A DNA stretch of 64,000 bases from Minisyncoccota bacterium (GTDB lineage: Bacteria > Patescibacteriota > Minisyncoccia > Phycocordibacterales > Phycocordibacteraceae). This document shows positions 1 to 8,972 of this stretch, piece after piece. The first letter of the stretch is position 1, and every line of letters starts with the position of its first letter. The translations under genes were made by a program, and so were the position numbers. The notes under the pieces are model-generated. The model was not told the DNA's origin and ran no database searches. It saw only the letters and a program-made list of their open reading frames with translations. Location: positions 5,619 to 69,618 of the forward strand of contig DASPLK010000001.1 in NCBI GenBank assembly GCA_035627595.1, given 5' to 3'.

Positions 1-1
1 A

Positions 2-895
2 GAGTTGTTGAACGACGCTGCCAGGCGTGATGAATAGTAATGAGCCTATGAGACAGGCAGTGGCCGCTCCACCTGCCATGAGATATTTGGCACCTTTACG
101 TATTTGTATATTCGATAGTTTTGACGCTGCCCACCAGCCAAGTAGAAATAGAATGGTTGCGATTAGGACCGTGCCCGATGCACGTGTAAGTCCAAGCATC
201 TGACTTGGATTAACAATGACAGTTGAGAGCTCTATTCTTCCCAGCACGAGCGGAATGATATTTAGAAGTACGGGCGACAGAACGATCGCTCCAAGACTGC
301 TTCCAAGCAAGATCCTCCACTTCTTCCCTTCCGTCTTCATGTATTCAATGAGGCCAAGCAGTAACGCGAGCATGAGATACATACCTGCGTAGGTCGCATT
401 ACCAAACAGAGGATCGCTCTTAGCTAGATCCAGCCAGAGCAGCGGTCCTTGGTATCCAAGCCCTGCTGTACCTATGATCGTAAGAAGTGCGCCTGCACCG
501 GCACCCAGCGCAATGCCCTTTCGGATCATTCCCCATTCACGTATATGCAACATAGTCCCGAGGACCAGAGACCAAGCGATCATGTGAAGCAAAAAGTACA
601 CTCCGACGAGGCGCTCAGTATCTCCCCAGAACGAGTGTGATGCTGAGACGCCTGCAAACATTGAGATAAGTAGCGAGACGGTTAGTAATGCTACTGAGAT
701 CAAAATAGGACGTCTTGCAGAAATTGTCCTCCCTACTCTCACCATATGCCAGGCATACAAGAGTAGTAGCGTATCCACTACAGCAATCAAAAGAAAGTAC
801 TTACCACTGACGCTATTAGGGAGTGCGAACCATGGCAGAAATGGAAGAACACAAAAGGTGGCAGCTGTAAGGAGAGTTACCAATTGATGTCTCAT
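2..895 (-). CDS. O-antigen ligase/oligosaccharyltransferase-like polytopic membrane protein (3' end beyond the window edge)
   Basis: Not in the ORF track. Read manually from ATG at 895: MRHQLVTLLTAATFCVLPFLPW...SFWGDTERLVG...LFGNATYAGMYL, open to the window edge, with many hydrophobic helices. The SFWG..ER..G and GN....G.YL motifs are typical of Wzy_C/O-antigen ligase family proteins. Confidence 0.65.
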   Translation of the reverse strand, partial: MRHQLVTLLTAATFCVLPFLPWFALPNSVSGKYFLLIAVVDTLLLLYAWHMVRVGRTISARRPILISVALLTVSLLISMFAGVSASHSFWGDTERLVGVYFLLHMIAWSLVLGTMLHIREWGMIRKGIALGAGAGALLTIIGTAGLGYQGPLLWLDLAKSDPLFGNATYAGMYLMLALLLGLIEYMKTEGKKWRILLGSSLGAIVLSPVLLNIIPLVLGRIELSTVIVNPSQMLGLTRASGTVLIATILFLLGWWAASKLSNIQIRKGAKYLMAGGAATACLIGSLLFITPGSVVQQL

Positions 896-920
896 GAGGT
901 AATAGTACACCGTATACAAA

Positions 921-953
921 AGCAAAAGACCACCCGAAGGTGGTCTTTTGCTT
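921..953. terminator. intrinsic terminator hairpin after the surface protein gene
   Basis: AGCAAAAGACCACC-CGAA-GGTGGTCTTTTGCT inverted repeat with A/T tracts on both sides. Confidence 0.85.
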
Positions 954-993
954 TGACTAGATCAGGTTACCTGATACCAGCCCCCTAAGTTAA

Positions 994-2916
994 TTAGGAG
1001 TTGGTGTCGAGGTAGATGCTGTCAGTCTTGAAGTCGTCAAGGTTGAAGTCGTACGTTAGGTTACCCGTTACATCCGAGAGGGCGTAGCGGATATCGCCGA
1101 CTGCTACCGAGAAGAATCCATCGGTCGTTGCCGTGATGTTCGCGGTGATGGTGAAGCGCTCAGTGTCACCCTCCTCAACGAGGAAGCGTGCATCTGCGTT
1201 CTGGGTACCCGAGAGGGTTGCGCCAGTTGGCGATGTAATGACAGCTGAGAGAGTACCTGAACCACTTACCTCAAGATCAGACTCGGTCGTACCAGATGCA
1301 TCCGGTGCGGTGCCGTCAACGTATACATCCGAATCGAATGCAGTTACGTCGAAGGTGATCTCGAAGGTTCCACGGTCTGCGCCAGTCTCAGGGGAGGTAA
1401 CATCCTCCTCTGCAGAGACGAACTCAACCATGATGCCGCTCTGGTAGAGGCCGTGTGCCTCACCGTCTGCGTCACCGGTGATGTCGCCGTTAGCGAGATC
1501 CTCACCAGACTCATCCTCAATATCAGCAGCCTCAAGCTGTGCCTCAGACATGCTGACTACGAGAGTAGAACCATTGGTGATGTCCTCAAGGAGGTCAACC
1601 TCAATGGTGAAGTCGTAGGTGTCCTCACCGTCAAGTACGAGCTCAAGATCATCGAAGGTGATGTTCTCGGTGGTACCTGCGCCATCTGCAACGTTCTCAG
1701 AGGCAACCTCCTCACCGTCCTGCATGAGGCGGATTTCGGAGATCATGTCCTCGAGGTCATCCGTCGTAGAAGTTGCAGTGAAGGTAAGGTCGTCAATCGT
1801 AACCTCAGAATCACCCTCGAGCTCGAGAGAGAAGGCAAGAACCTCCACACCCTCGGTCTCATCGGAGTCATCGGTGTCGATCACACGTGCATCGTTGATG
1901 TCATCTGCATCATCCGTGAGCGCGAGCTCAAGGCTGATGTCAGCAGCAGCAGCGAAGGTCGTGAAGTCGAACTGACGAGCAGCCTCAGTGATGGTCTCGG
2001 TGATGGTTGCGCCATCCGCATCGCGGAAGCGAACCTCATCGAAGTCCACGGACCAAGTTGCATCGATGTCAGCAGAGTCGAGGTTAGAAACACCCGAAAC
2101 TGCAACTACGAGCTCACCAGCCTCACCTGCGCGGATGATTGCACCGCCATCAAGGGAAACAGTCTTCTCGTAATCATTGTCCTCGTTGAAGTCATCTGCA
2201 TCAACGCGAGCAACCTCCTCACCATCAAGCATGATGGAGATCTCGGTAGCTACGTCCTCGAGGTCATCGCTAGTTGCGGCACCGTCTACGTTTGCGAAGA
2301 CGAGGCGAACTGCAGTGAGTTCGATGTCAGAACCATCGTCAACCTCGATCTCGAGGCCAGCGACCTCAACATCCTCCTCGTCCTCACCGACGTCCTCGCC
2401 GTTGAAGTCAGAAAGAAGATCGGTTGCTTCGATAGCACCTGCACCGCCCTCGAGGTCACCCGAGTCGTTGTCAGAATCATCGTCGTCGCCACCGGTAGAA
2501 CCGGTGCCGAGCTCTGCGTTAACCGCAGCGCGGGTCATCGGGCCGAAGTAGCCAGCTGCCGGGGTAATACCCTTGGAAGTCTGGTACGCAGCGACTGCAG
2601 CTGCAGTCTGTGCACCGAAGTAACCGGTTGCACCAGCAGCGATCGTGTGACCCTTGCTGATGAGCCAGTTCTGAAGGCGAGTAACCTCTGCGCCAGAAGC
2701 GCCGAGGGTCATGTCGGTCGTGAAGGCAGCACCAGTGGAGGTTGAAGAACCACCCTGGAGAGCCTGGAGCTGTGCGAGAAGAGCAGCAACCTGTGCCTCA
2801 AGCTCGGCGGTCGTAGCTGCCTTTGCAGGAACTGCAACGGCGAACGACGAGAAGACGAGCGCGAGACCAGCAACTACTGCTGCAGACTTCGCTACAACGT
2901 TGTTTGCAATAGTCAT
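994..2916 (-). CDS. secreted, very acidic cell-surface/S-layer-like protein with N-terminal peptidoglycan-binding domain
   Basis: Signal peptide (AKA-A), short coiled coil, PG_binding_1-like segment (GAEVTRLQNWL...TGYFGAQTAAAVAAYQ...GYFGPMTRA), then D/E/T-rich beta repeats. Strong codon bias suggests high expression. Confidence 0.8.
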   Translation of the reverse strand: MTIANNVVAKSAAVVAGLALVFSSFAVAVPAKAATTAELEAQVAALLAQLQALQGGSSTSTGAAFTTDMTLGASGAEVTRLQNWLISKGHTIAAGATGYFGAQTAAAVAAYQTSKGITPAAGYFGPMTRAAVNAELGTGSTGGDDDDSDNDSGDLEGGAGAIEATDLLSDFNGEDVGEDEEDVEVAGLEIEVDDGSDIELTAVRLVFANVDGAATSDDLEDVATEISIMLDGEEVARVDADDFNEDNDYEKTVSLDGGAIIRAGEAGELVVAVSGVSNLDSADIDATWSVDFDEVRFRDADGATITETITEAARQFDFTTFAAAADISLELALTDDADDINDARVIDTDDSDETEGVEVLAFSLELEGDSEVTIDDLTFTATSTTDDLEDMISEIRLMQDGEEVASENVADGAGTTENITFDDLELVLDGEDTYDFTIEVDLLEDITNGSTLVVSMSEAQLEAADIEDESGEDLANGDITGDADGEAHGLYQSGIMVEFVSAEEDVTSPETGADRGTFEITFDVTAFDSDVYVDGTAPDASGTTESDLEVSGSGTLSAVITSPTGATLSGTQNADARFLVEEGDTERFTITANITATTDGFFSVAVGDIRYALSDVTGNLTYDFNLDDFKTDSIYLDTNS

Positions 2917-3276
2917 AAACTGATTTGTTTTTAAGTAATCATCGAAACGCCACGATGCGATTATTTCTAATGGAGCATCGCAACGCTCGTTTCAATCTTT
3001 GTAATGCAGAGTTTCCTCTGCGACTTTCCAACCAGTTTTCACACTATCCGACGAGGCGAAGTATCGACCTGCGCCCCATCGGCTAGTTGGCAAATGTTCA
3101 GAATTCGTACTGAGTCCATCCGTAATCTTTCCTGTGCTTCCGTACTGGTCGTGTCTCCGGATATGGAGACGGACAAGCGAACGGTTTATGAACCGTTCAT
3201 GTTTAAGGACCCTTTCGGGCCTATGCGCTTGTCAAAGTACAGTTCGCCGCATGGCGAATCCCCATCTATCCGCACA
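2917..3276 (-). ncRNA. long structured 5' leader of the surface protein gene with a boxB/boxA-like element
   Basis: -10 TATACT at 3288-3283, at least 7 hairpins including two GAAA tetraloops, and boxA-like TGTACTTTGACAA at 3241-3229. Confidence 0.6.
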
Positions 3277-3321
3277 AGACTAAGTATACAGAGTCTTTGG
3301 GCAGTTATATGGGAAAAGGAA

Positions 3322-3330
3322 TGTGGATAA
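3322..3330 (-). promoter_or_regulatory. consensus DnaA box (TTATCCACA)
   Basis: TGTGGATAA on + strand is a perfect 9-mer; single copy, so function is uncertain. Confidence 0.4.
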
Positions 3331-3454
3331 CACGTACAAGGGAAGCACAAAAAGACCGTTCCCGGTCTGTAGTACTCCCCTCTTTCTACATTGCTACCAC
3401 ACAGGAAGAATAGGTCGAAAATGAAGAAAAGTCAATTGCTGAGCTTGCCAACTA

Positions 3455-4264
3455 CTAGGAGCCCGCAAGAGCGTAGGTGGTCCACCGGCGTTCACCGGTA
3501 CGGGTCACGACCCCTTCTGAAACGAGCGTCTGGAGCTCACGCTGAATGGTCTTCTCGCTTACGTCGCGAATGGCAGTAGAGATATCCTTTATATAGGAAG
3601 GGCCCTTTGCACGGAGCGTCGAAAGTATCGCTTCCTTGCGATCATTGCGCCTCGGTTCCCGAGAAACCTCAGGTTTCTGTTCGTTGTCCTTTATCTGTCC
3701 TTTAACATGTCCTTTAGAGACAGGGGTAGGTATTGGGCGTGGCGTATCGGTGTCAGTCATGTAGGACGTACGCGACGTACTCATGGACGGACTTGCTGCG
3801 CGCGCCAGCTCCGCGAGCGACACGCTCTCGGGGAGAGACACGCGCGGCTCTTCATACCCGGCAACCTCCTCAAGGAGAAGATGTGCTTCCCTGCCGATTA
3901 GGTCAGCATTCATCGGAGAGAGGACCCCGCTTGAGCGAGCGATCGAGAGGACACTCGAGAGGGCGAGGAGCTCGCGAGAGAGTGCATCCTTGGCAGATGC
4001 CGGAGGGAGAATTGCCGCGTCAACAAGCGCGACCGAGACACGATTCACACGGTCGTAAAGCGAGGGTGAATGACGGAACGCGGGGGTGATTAAATGAATC
4101 GCTTTTGCGAGACGCTCCGCCTTCTTATAGATATACACGCGCTTTATGTCCTTTTCGAATACATTGGAGAATATTGTTTTTTCTAGGACGAAACTATCAA
4201 ATCCGGACGCGTTACTTTGCATCTTTACCGTGCGGTTGTCTTTGATGTGTCCTTTATCGGTCAT
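3455..4264 (-). CDS. helical-bundle plus C-terminal winged-helix (DeoR-like HTH) DNA-binding protein
   Basis: C-terminal IKDISTAIRDVSEKTIQRELQTLVSEGVVTRTGERRWTTY wHTH. Start moved to ATG 4264 because TATAAT lies at 4305-4300. Confidence 0.7.
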   Translation of the reverse strand: MTDKGHIKDNRTVKMQSNASGFDSFVLEKTIFSNVFEKDIKRVYIYKKAERLAKAIHLITPAFRHSPSLYDRVNRVSVALVDAAILPPASAKDALSRELLALSSVLSIARSSGVLSPMNADLIGREAHLLLEEVAGYEEPRVSLPESVSLAELARAASPSMSTSRTSYMTDTDTPRPIPTPVSKGHVKGQIKDNEQKPEVSREPRRNDRKEAILSTLRAKGPSYIKDISTAIRDVSEKTIQRELQTLVSEGVVTRTGERRWTTYALAGS

Positions 4265-4321
4265 GGGTATTTTGTCCTTGTCCTTGAACGTTAAAGACAA
4301 TTATACCCCCGTGTGTCCTTT
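3685..4321 (-). repeat. cluster of AAGGACA (TGTCCTT on +) direct repeats
   Basis: Copies start at + positions 3685, 3696, 3708, 4147, 4248, 4273, 4279 and 4314, with variants at 4237 and 3583. Confidence 0.75.
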
Positions 4322-4405
4322 TGGGAAGACTTCATTAAGACGAGCCGCTTTGTCGCGTTCTTACGTAGCTTTTGCAGGTACTGCGTGGTGCTAGAATGTA
4401 TATAA

Positions 4406-6565
4406 ATGGCGCGTAAAAGAAGGCGTAAGAGCGAAGGCGGATATAAAGCTGTGGCCCGATGGACCATGGCAGTTTTCCTTATCGTGTTCGGCCTTGTGCT
4501 CGGACTTGGCGCCTTCAACATGGCAGGTATTGTGGGCCACGCAGTCTTCCAGGGCGTCTATGGCATCGTTGGAATTGGTGCGCTCGTCCTTCCCTTCCTC
4601 ATCGTTGCGCTCGGCGCTTCGGTCCTACTTAAGAGGACTTTGGTAACTCCGCTGACGAGCGTCGGCATCTTTGTCATCCTCGCCGCAGCACTCTCTTTGA
4701 TCGGCATCTTCTCTGCCACTCTGGGAGGAGCAACTGGCGCGTTTGCCGGACAGGCGGCTGTCGAGTTCTTCGGTCCATTCGTTGCCCCCTTAATCTTGCT
4801 CGGACTCGTCGGAGTTGGTCTTGCCATCTCGACTGATATCGTCGCGATTGCCGAAGCGGTAGGTACGCACCTCGGCAAGGCTGGCAGCGCAATGGGCGCA
4901 GTGAAGCTCCCTGCCCTTCCTAGAAAGAAGGAGGAGGATCTCGAAGAGGAGGGGGAATCAGAGGAGGCCGATGAGGAGGAAGAGCCGGTATCCAAAGTGA
5001 TTGATGAGGACCGCGAACCGACCGTAACCATGTTCAATGACGCGCGCCCACAAACCGGCGAAGTCGCTATCCCGAACTTCGATGCCGAGTACAAAGCACC
5101 TCCTCTCTCTATCCTCGGCGAGGACAGGGGCAAGCCTGGCGTCGGTGATATCAAGGCGAACGCCAACATCATCAAGCGCACTTTCCAGAACTTCGGCATC
5201 CCTGTCGAGATGGACGAGGTCTCGGTGGGTCCTACCGTCACCCGCTACGCCATGAAGCCAGCCGAGGGCGTCCGCCTCTCCAAAATCCTTTCCCTACAGA
5301 ACAACCTTGAGCTCGCGCTAGCTGCGCACCCGGTCCGTATTGAAGCTCCTATTCCGGGCAAGTCTTTGGTAGGTATCGAGGTTCCAAACTCAGCGAAAGC
5401 AACGGTGGGTCTTGGAGGGGTCATGAGCGCGCCTGAATGGTCAGCAAGCCAGAAGCCGCTATTGTCTGCCCTTGGCCGCGATATCACTGGCACGCCGCAC
5501 TACGTGAACATTGCGAAGATGCCGCATGGTCTTATCGCCGGCGCTACCGGCTCGGGTAAGTCAGTTGCCATCCATGCAGTCATCACTTCCCTCCTATATA
5601 GGAATGGACCGAACCAGATGCGCTTTATTATGATCGATCCAAAGCGCGTCGAGCTCACTCTCTACAACGGCATCCCCCATCTTCTGACCCCGGTCATTAC
5701 TGATCCGAAGAAAGCCATTATGTCTTTGAAGTGGGCAGCTAAGGAGATGGATCGCCGCTACAACATTCTTGAGGGCGAGCAGGTCCGCGACATCGAGAGC
5801 TACCACAAGACTGTATTCGAGCCCGCAAAGAAAAAGGGTGGCGACGACCTTCCCGAGGCGATGCCATACATCGTTATCGTTATCGATGAGTTGGCCGATA
5901 TCATGCAGACCTATCCTCGAGAGCTTGAGGCAGCAATCGTTCGCCTCGCGCAGATGTCTCGTGCAGTTGGTATACACCTCGTCCTTTCTACCCAGCGTCC
6001 GTCAGTTAATGTCATCACCGGCCTCATCAAGGCAAACGTGCCTACCCGTATGGCGCTCCAAGTCGCTTCCCAGATAGACTCGCGCACCATCCTTGACGCA
6101 GGAGGCGCAGAAATGCTCCTTGGCGCCGGCGATATGCTCTACCTTTCCGCAGATATGCAGAAGCCGGTCCGCATCCAGACTGCCTACATCGCAGAGGCCG
6201 AAGTGAAAAAGGTTGTTTCCTACATCAAGCAGCACAACGCGGGTACGCTCGGCTCTCTTGATCTTGGCGGAGGCGATGGTGTACAGGTCGCCCCCAATGA
6301 TGCGGTCATGATGTCTCTTGCGGACGACGACGTGGACGACGACCTCTACACAGAGGCCAAGGCGGCTGTAGAAGAGGCAGGACGTGCCTCTACCTCCTAT
6401 CTCCAGCGCAAGCTCCGCATTGGCTACTCACGTGCTGCGCGCCTCATGGATCTCCTTGAGGAGAAGGGTGTAATTGGTCCGGCTGATGGCTCCCGACCAC
6501 GTGACGTCCTCTCTCGTTCAGGCAGCGTGCCCGCTGAGGACGCCGAGGAGCCTCGGGATTTCTAA
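4406..6565 (+). CDS. ftsK: DNA translocase FtsK/SpoIIIE
   Basis: N-terminal TM helices, Walker A GATGSGKS, IDELADIM, C-terminal gamma domain (ASTSYLQRKLRIGYSRAARLMD). Confidence 0.97.
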   Translation: MARKRRRKSEGGYKAVARWTMAVFLIVFGLVLGLGAFNMAGIVGHAVFQGVYGIVGIGALVLPFLIVALGASVLLKRTLVTPLTSVGIFVILAAALSLIGIFSATLGGATGAFAGQAAVEFFGPFVAPLILLGLVGVGLAISTDIVAIAEAVGTHLGKAGSAMGAVKLPALPRKKEEDLEEEGESEEADEEEEPVSKVIDEDREPTVTMFNDARPQTGEVAIPNFDAEYKAPPLSILGEDRGKPGVGDIKANANIIKRTFQNFGIPVEMDEVSVGPTVTRYAMKPAEGVRLSKILSLQNNLELALAAHPVRIEAPIPGKSLVGIEVPNSAKATVGLGGVMSAPEWSASQKPLLSALGRDITGTPHYVNIAKMPHGLIAGATGSGKSVAIHAVITSLLYRNGPNQMRFIMIDPKRVELTLYNGIPHLLTPVITDPKKAIMSLKWAAKEMDRRYNILEGEQVRDIESYHKTVFEPAKKKGGDDLPEAMPYIVIVIDELADIMQTYPRELEAAIVRLAQMSRAVGIHLVLSTQRPSVNVITGLIKANVPTRMALQVASQIDSRTILDAGGAEMLLGAGDMLYLSADMQKPVRIQTAYIAEAEVKKVVSYIKQHNAGTLGSLDLGGGDGVQVAPNDAVMMSLADDDVDDDLYTEAKAAVEEAGRASTSYLQRKLRIGYSRAARLMDLLEEKGVIGPADGSRPRDVLSRSGSVPAEDAEEPRDF

Positions 6566-6568
6566 TCT

Positions 6569-6892
6569 ATGTTCCGCACCCTAGCCGCCGTCACCCTCAC
6601 ACTTCTTGCCGGCTACGGAGTCGTAAAGGCCGTTCCCCTTCTCATTGGTCCGGAGATACGGATAGATGCTCCCCTTGCCCATCAAAGTATCCCTGATGGG
6701 TTCATCACTATCTCAGGAACCGCCGTTCATACTCAGGAGTTGACGCTCAACGGAGCGCCGTTCCTAATTGATGAAAAAGGACGATTCCAGACTACTCTCT
6801 TGCTTCCCCAGGGAGGCGCTATACTTACCCTAATGGCAACGGATCGGTTCGGGAGACACGTAAGTGTCGAACGGAGCGTATACGTGCCCTAA
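6569..6892 (+). CDS. small membrane-anchored Ig-like (glucodextranase domain B-like) protein
   Basis: N-terminal hydrophobic anchor and ITISGTA...LTLNG...ATDRFGR beta pattern; sits between ftsK and recA. Confidence 0.65.
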   Translation: MFRTLAAVTLTLLAGYGVVKAVPLLIGPEIRIDAPLAHQSIPDGFITISGTAVHTQELTLNGAPFLIDEKGRFQTTLLLPQGGAILTLMATDRFGRHVSVERSVYVP

Positions 6893-6904
6893 TCCATATA
6901 GCCT

Positions 6905-7969
6905 ATGCCTGCAAAGAAAACCGCTGCTAAGAAGACCCCGAAGAAAATCTCCCCTTCCCCTGAAGAGCTGGAGGCTAGCGGCGGCGACGCCAAAGCGAAG
7001 TCTATAGAGCTCGCTATCAAGGAGATCAAGACCAAGTTCGGCGACGAAGCCATCATGACGTTTGGCGCTGGTAAGCCTGCTGCCATCCCGGCTATTTCAA
7101 CCGGCTCCATCGGACTTGATGCGGCGCTTGGTGTAGGCGGCCTTCCCCGCGGACGTATCATCGAGATATTCGGTCCAGAATCATCTGGAAAGACTACGCT
7201 CGCCCTCCACGCGATCGCTGAAGCGCAGAAGAATGGTGGTGTTTGTGCGTTCGTCGACGCGGAGCACGCACTTGACCCTGAATACGCTCGCAAGATCGGC
7301 GTAAAGCTCCAGGAGCTCCTCATCTCCCAGCCGGACACCGGCGAACAGGCACTCGAAATTGTCGAGTCACTCGTACGCGCTAACTCCGTGGACATCATTG
7401 TGGTGGACTCAGTGGCCGCACTCACCCCAAAGGATGAGATCGAGGGTGATATGGGTGCGCACCACGTGGGCAAGCAGGCACGCCTCATGTCCCAAGCGCT
7501 CAGAAAGTTGACCGCTATTACAGCAAAGTCCAACACCATTGTCATTTTCATCAACCAGATCCGTATGCAGATCGGCGTCATGTTCGGCAACCCGGAGACA
7601 ACACCCGGCGGTAAGGCACTTAAGTTCTATACTTCCGTCCGTCTTGATATCCGCCGTATCGCGCAAATCAAAAAGGGCGAAGAGGTTGTGGGCGGCCGCG
7701 TACGCGTGAAGGTTGTCAAGAACAAGGTCGCTGCCCCGTTTAAGACGACTGAGTTCGACCTACTCTATAACGAAGGCATTAGCCGTGAGGGCGAACTTAT
7801 CGCACTCGGTGAGAAGTTCGATATCGTCGAGAAGTCGGGCTCGAGCTACTCTTTCGGCGAGGTGAAAATGGGACGCGGGTATGATGCGACACGCACCTTC
7901 CTAAGGGAGAACAAGCCAATTGCGAACGAGATCCTTAAGAAGATCCGCGAGCGCCTTGCGGCAGAATAA
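6905..7969 (+). CDS. recA: recombinase RecA
   Basis: [34 protein letters not shown]. Confidence 0.99.
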   Translation: MPAKKTAAKKTPKKISPSPEELEASGGDAKAKSIELAIKEIKTKFGDEAIMTFGAGKPAAIPAISTGSIGLDAALGVGGLPRGRIIEIFGPESSGKTTLALHAIAEAQKNGGVCAFVDAEHALDPEYARKIGVKLQELLISQPDTGEQALEIVESLVRANSVDIIVVDSVAALTPKDEIEGDMGAHHVGKQARLMSQALRKLTAITAKSNTIVIFINQIRMQIGVMFGNPETTPGGKALKFYTSVRLDIRRIAQIKKGEEVVGGRVRVKVVKNKVAAPFKTTEFDLLYNEGISREGELIALGEKFDIVEKSGSSYSFGEVKMGRGYDATRTFLRENKPIANEILKKIRERLAAE

Positions 7970-7974
7970 GACAC

Positions 7975-8004
7975 CAAAAGACCCGCCATGTGGCGGGTCT
8001 TTTG
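7975..8004. terminator. bidirectional intrinsic terminator
   Basis: CAAAAGACCCGCC-ATGT-GGCGGGTCTTTTG between convergent genes. Confidence 0.85.
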
Positions 8005-8337
8005 CTAGGACAGCTGCATTCGTTGATTTCCAGCCATAAGGCGAATGATATCCCGCAGCATCCAGAGTGCTGCTGTGCATACGACCAACGTGAGCACCTG
8101 CACCAGAAGTTCGGTATGAAGAAACGCCGAGAGGAAGAACCTGAGTACCGCAGACACATCCCCCACCGCCGGCATATTGCGGAATATTTGTGCGACAAAT
8201 ACGAACCTCCCTATTGCGTAGAGGGAGATGCCCAGAAGGACCACCGCAAGTGCTATTCCACTCGTATACGGCCGTACCGTATGTATCGTATGCACCCTAC
8301 GCATGACGTTTTGTTTAATCTTGCTTTCCATATTCAA
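8005..8337 (-). CDS. two-TM membrane protein, putative anti-sigma factor
   Basis: Overlaps the 3' end of the ECF sigma gene; basic N-terminus (KQNVMRRV) followed by two hydrophobic helices. Confidence 0.6.
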   Translation of the reverse strand: MNMESKIKQNVMRRVHTIHTVRPYTSGIALAVVLLGISLYAIGRFVFVAQIFRNMPAVGDVSAVLRFFLSAFLHTELLVQVLTLVVCTAALWMLRDIIRLMAGNQRMQLS

Positions 8338-8914
8338 GTGAGTCTTTAAATTGCTTCTTGGCCCTGTGTACTCTGGTCTTCACCGCAGACACCGTACTTC
8401 CCTCTATCTGTGCTATCTCCTCTTGGCTCTTCCCTTCAAAGAACTGAAGTCGGAGAACACGGGCGGCTGCCTCTGGGAGGCGCGCAAGTGCGGACAAGAC
8501 CTCGTCGCGCACGGTCATGTCTTCAAGGAAGCTCTCAGTATCGGGGAGCCGCTCGAATGCCTCCGGCTCCATCTGAAGTGTCCTTCCCCGCTCCTTCTTT
8601 CGCTTCTGGTACCGGGTGAACGCAAGCCGGGTCAGGATGAGATAGCTCCATGAGCTGAATGAGGCACCCTCCTGAGGGCTGTAGCGGTCGGCGTAGAGGT
8701 ATACGCGAGTGAAGGTATCCTGCACGATCTCTTCGGCATCCTCACGGCTATAGAGGATAGACTGGGCTTTTCGGAGAAACGCATCTTCATATCGGTCAAC
8801 CAGGACCCCGAACGCCTCCGGATTTGAACGCGAAATCATGAGCACCTCCGCGTCAGGCATCTGGTCCCAGGCGCCCGGCTCTCGGTTGGCCTTCCGCATA
8901 TTGTCTTGTATCAT
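8315..8914 (-). CDS. ECF RNA polymerase sigma factor
   Basis: Region 2 (AEEIVQDTF...FSSW) and region 4 (LARLPE...EGKSQEEIAQ...AVKTRVHRAK). Confidence 0.93.
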   Translation of the reverse strand: MIQDNMRKANREPGAWDQMPDAEVLMISRSNPEAFGVLVDRYEDAFLRKAQSILYSREDAEEIVQDTFTRVYLYADRYSPQEGASFSSWSYLILTRLAFTRYQKRKKERGRTLQMEPEAFERLPDTESFLEDMTVRDEVLSALARLPEAAARVLRLQFFEGKSQEEIAQIEGSTVSAVKTRVHRAKKQFKDSLEYGKQD

Positions 8915-8945
8915 ACCGTCTGCACGTGGCCGGGCAATCTCTATA

Positions 8946-8970
8946 ACCGCTTGGCCTCCCTTTTAGTTAC
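8946..8970 (-). promoter_or_regulatory. putative ECF-dependent autoregulatory promoter
   Basis: GTAAC-N16-CGGT, ending about 30 nt upstream of the sigma ATG. Confidence 0.55.
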
Positions 8971-8972
8971 CT

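Noticed and set aside
1453-2745. 430-aa antisense ORF over the surface protein gene
   Set aside because: Shadow ORF caused by strong codon bias of the real gene; no recognisable motifs. The same applies to the many other antisense ORFs in the track.
2940-3290. RNase P RNA or tmRNA identity for the long leader
   Set aside because: GGAAAGTC and GAGGAAAC only partly resemble the RNase P consensus, with no matching 3' P4 strand. There is no tRNA-like acceptor or T-arm for tmRNA.
3322-3330. oriC
   Set aside because: Only one perfect DnaA box, with no dnaA/dnaN nearby and no clear unwinding element
3685-4321. CRISPR array or VNTR
   Set aside because: The repeats are 7-8 bp with irregular spacing and no cas genes; no CRISPR-like array was seen anywhere in the window
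4387-4414. dif-like site (TGGTGCTAGAA-TGTATA-TAAATGGCGCG) at the ftsK start
   Set aside because: The left arm and spacer resemble dif, but the normally best-conserved XerD arm (TTATGTTAAAT) does not match. The sequence is explained by an extended -10 promoter and the start codon.
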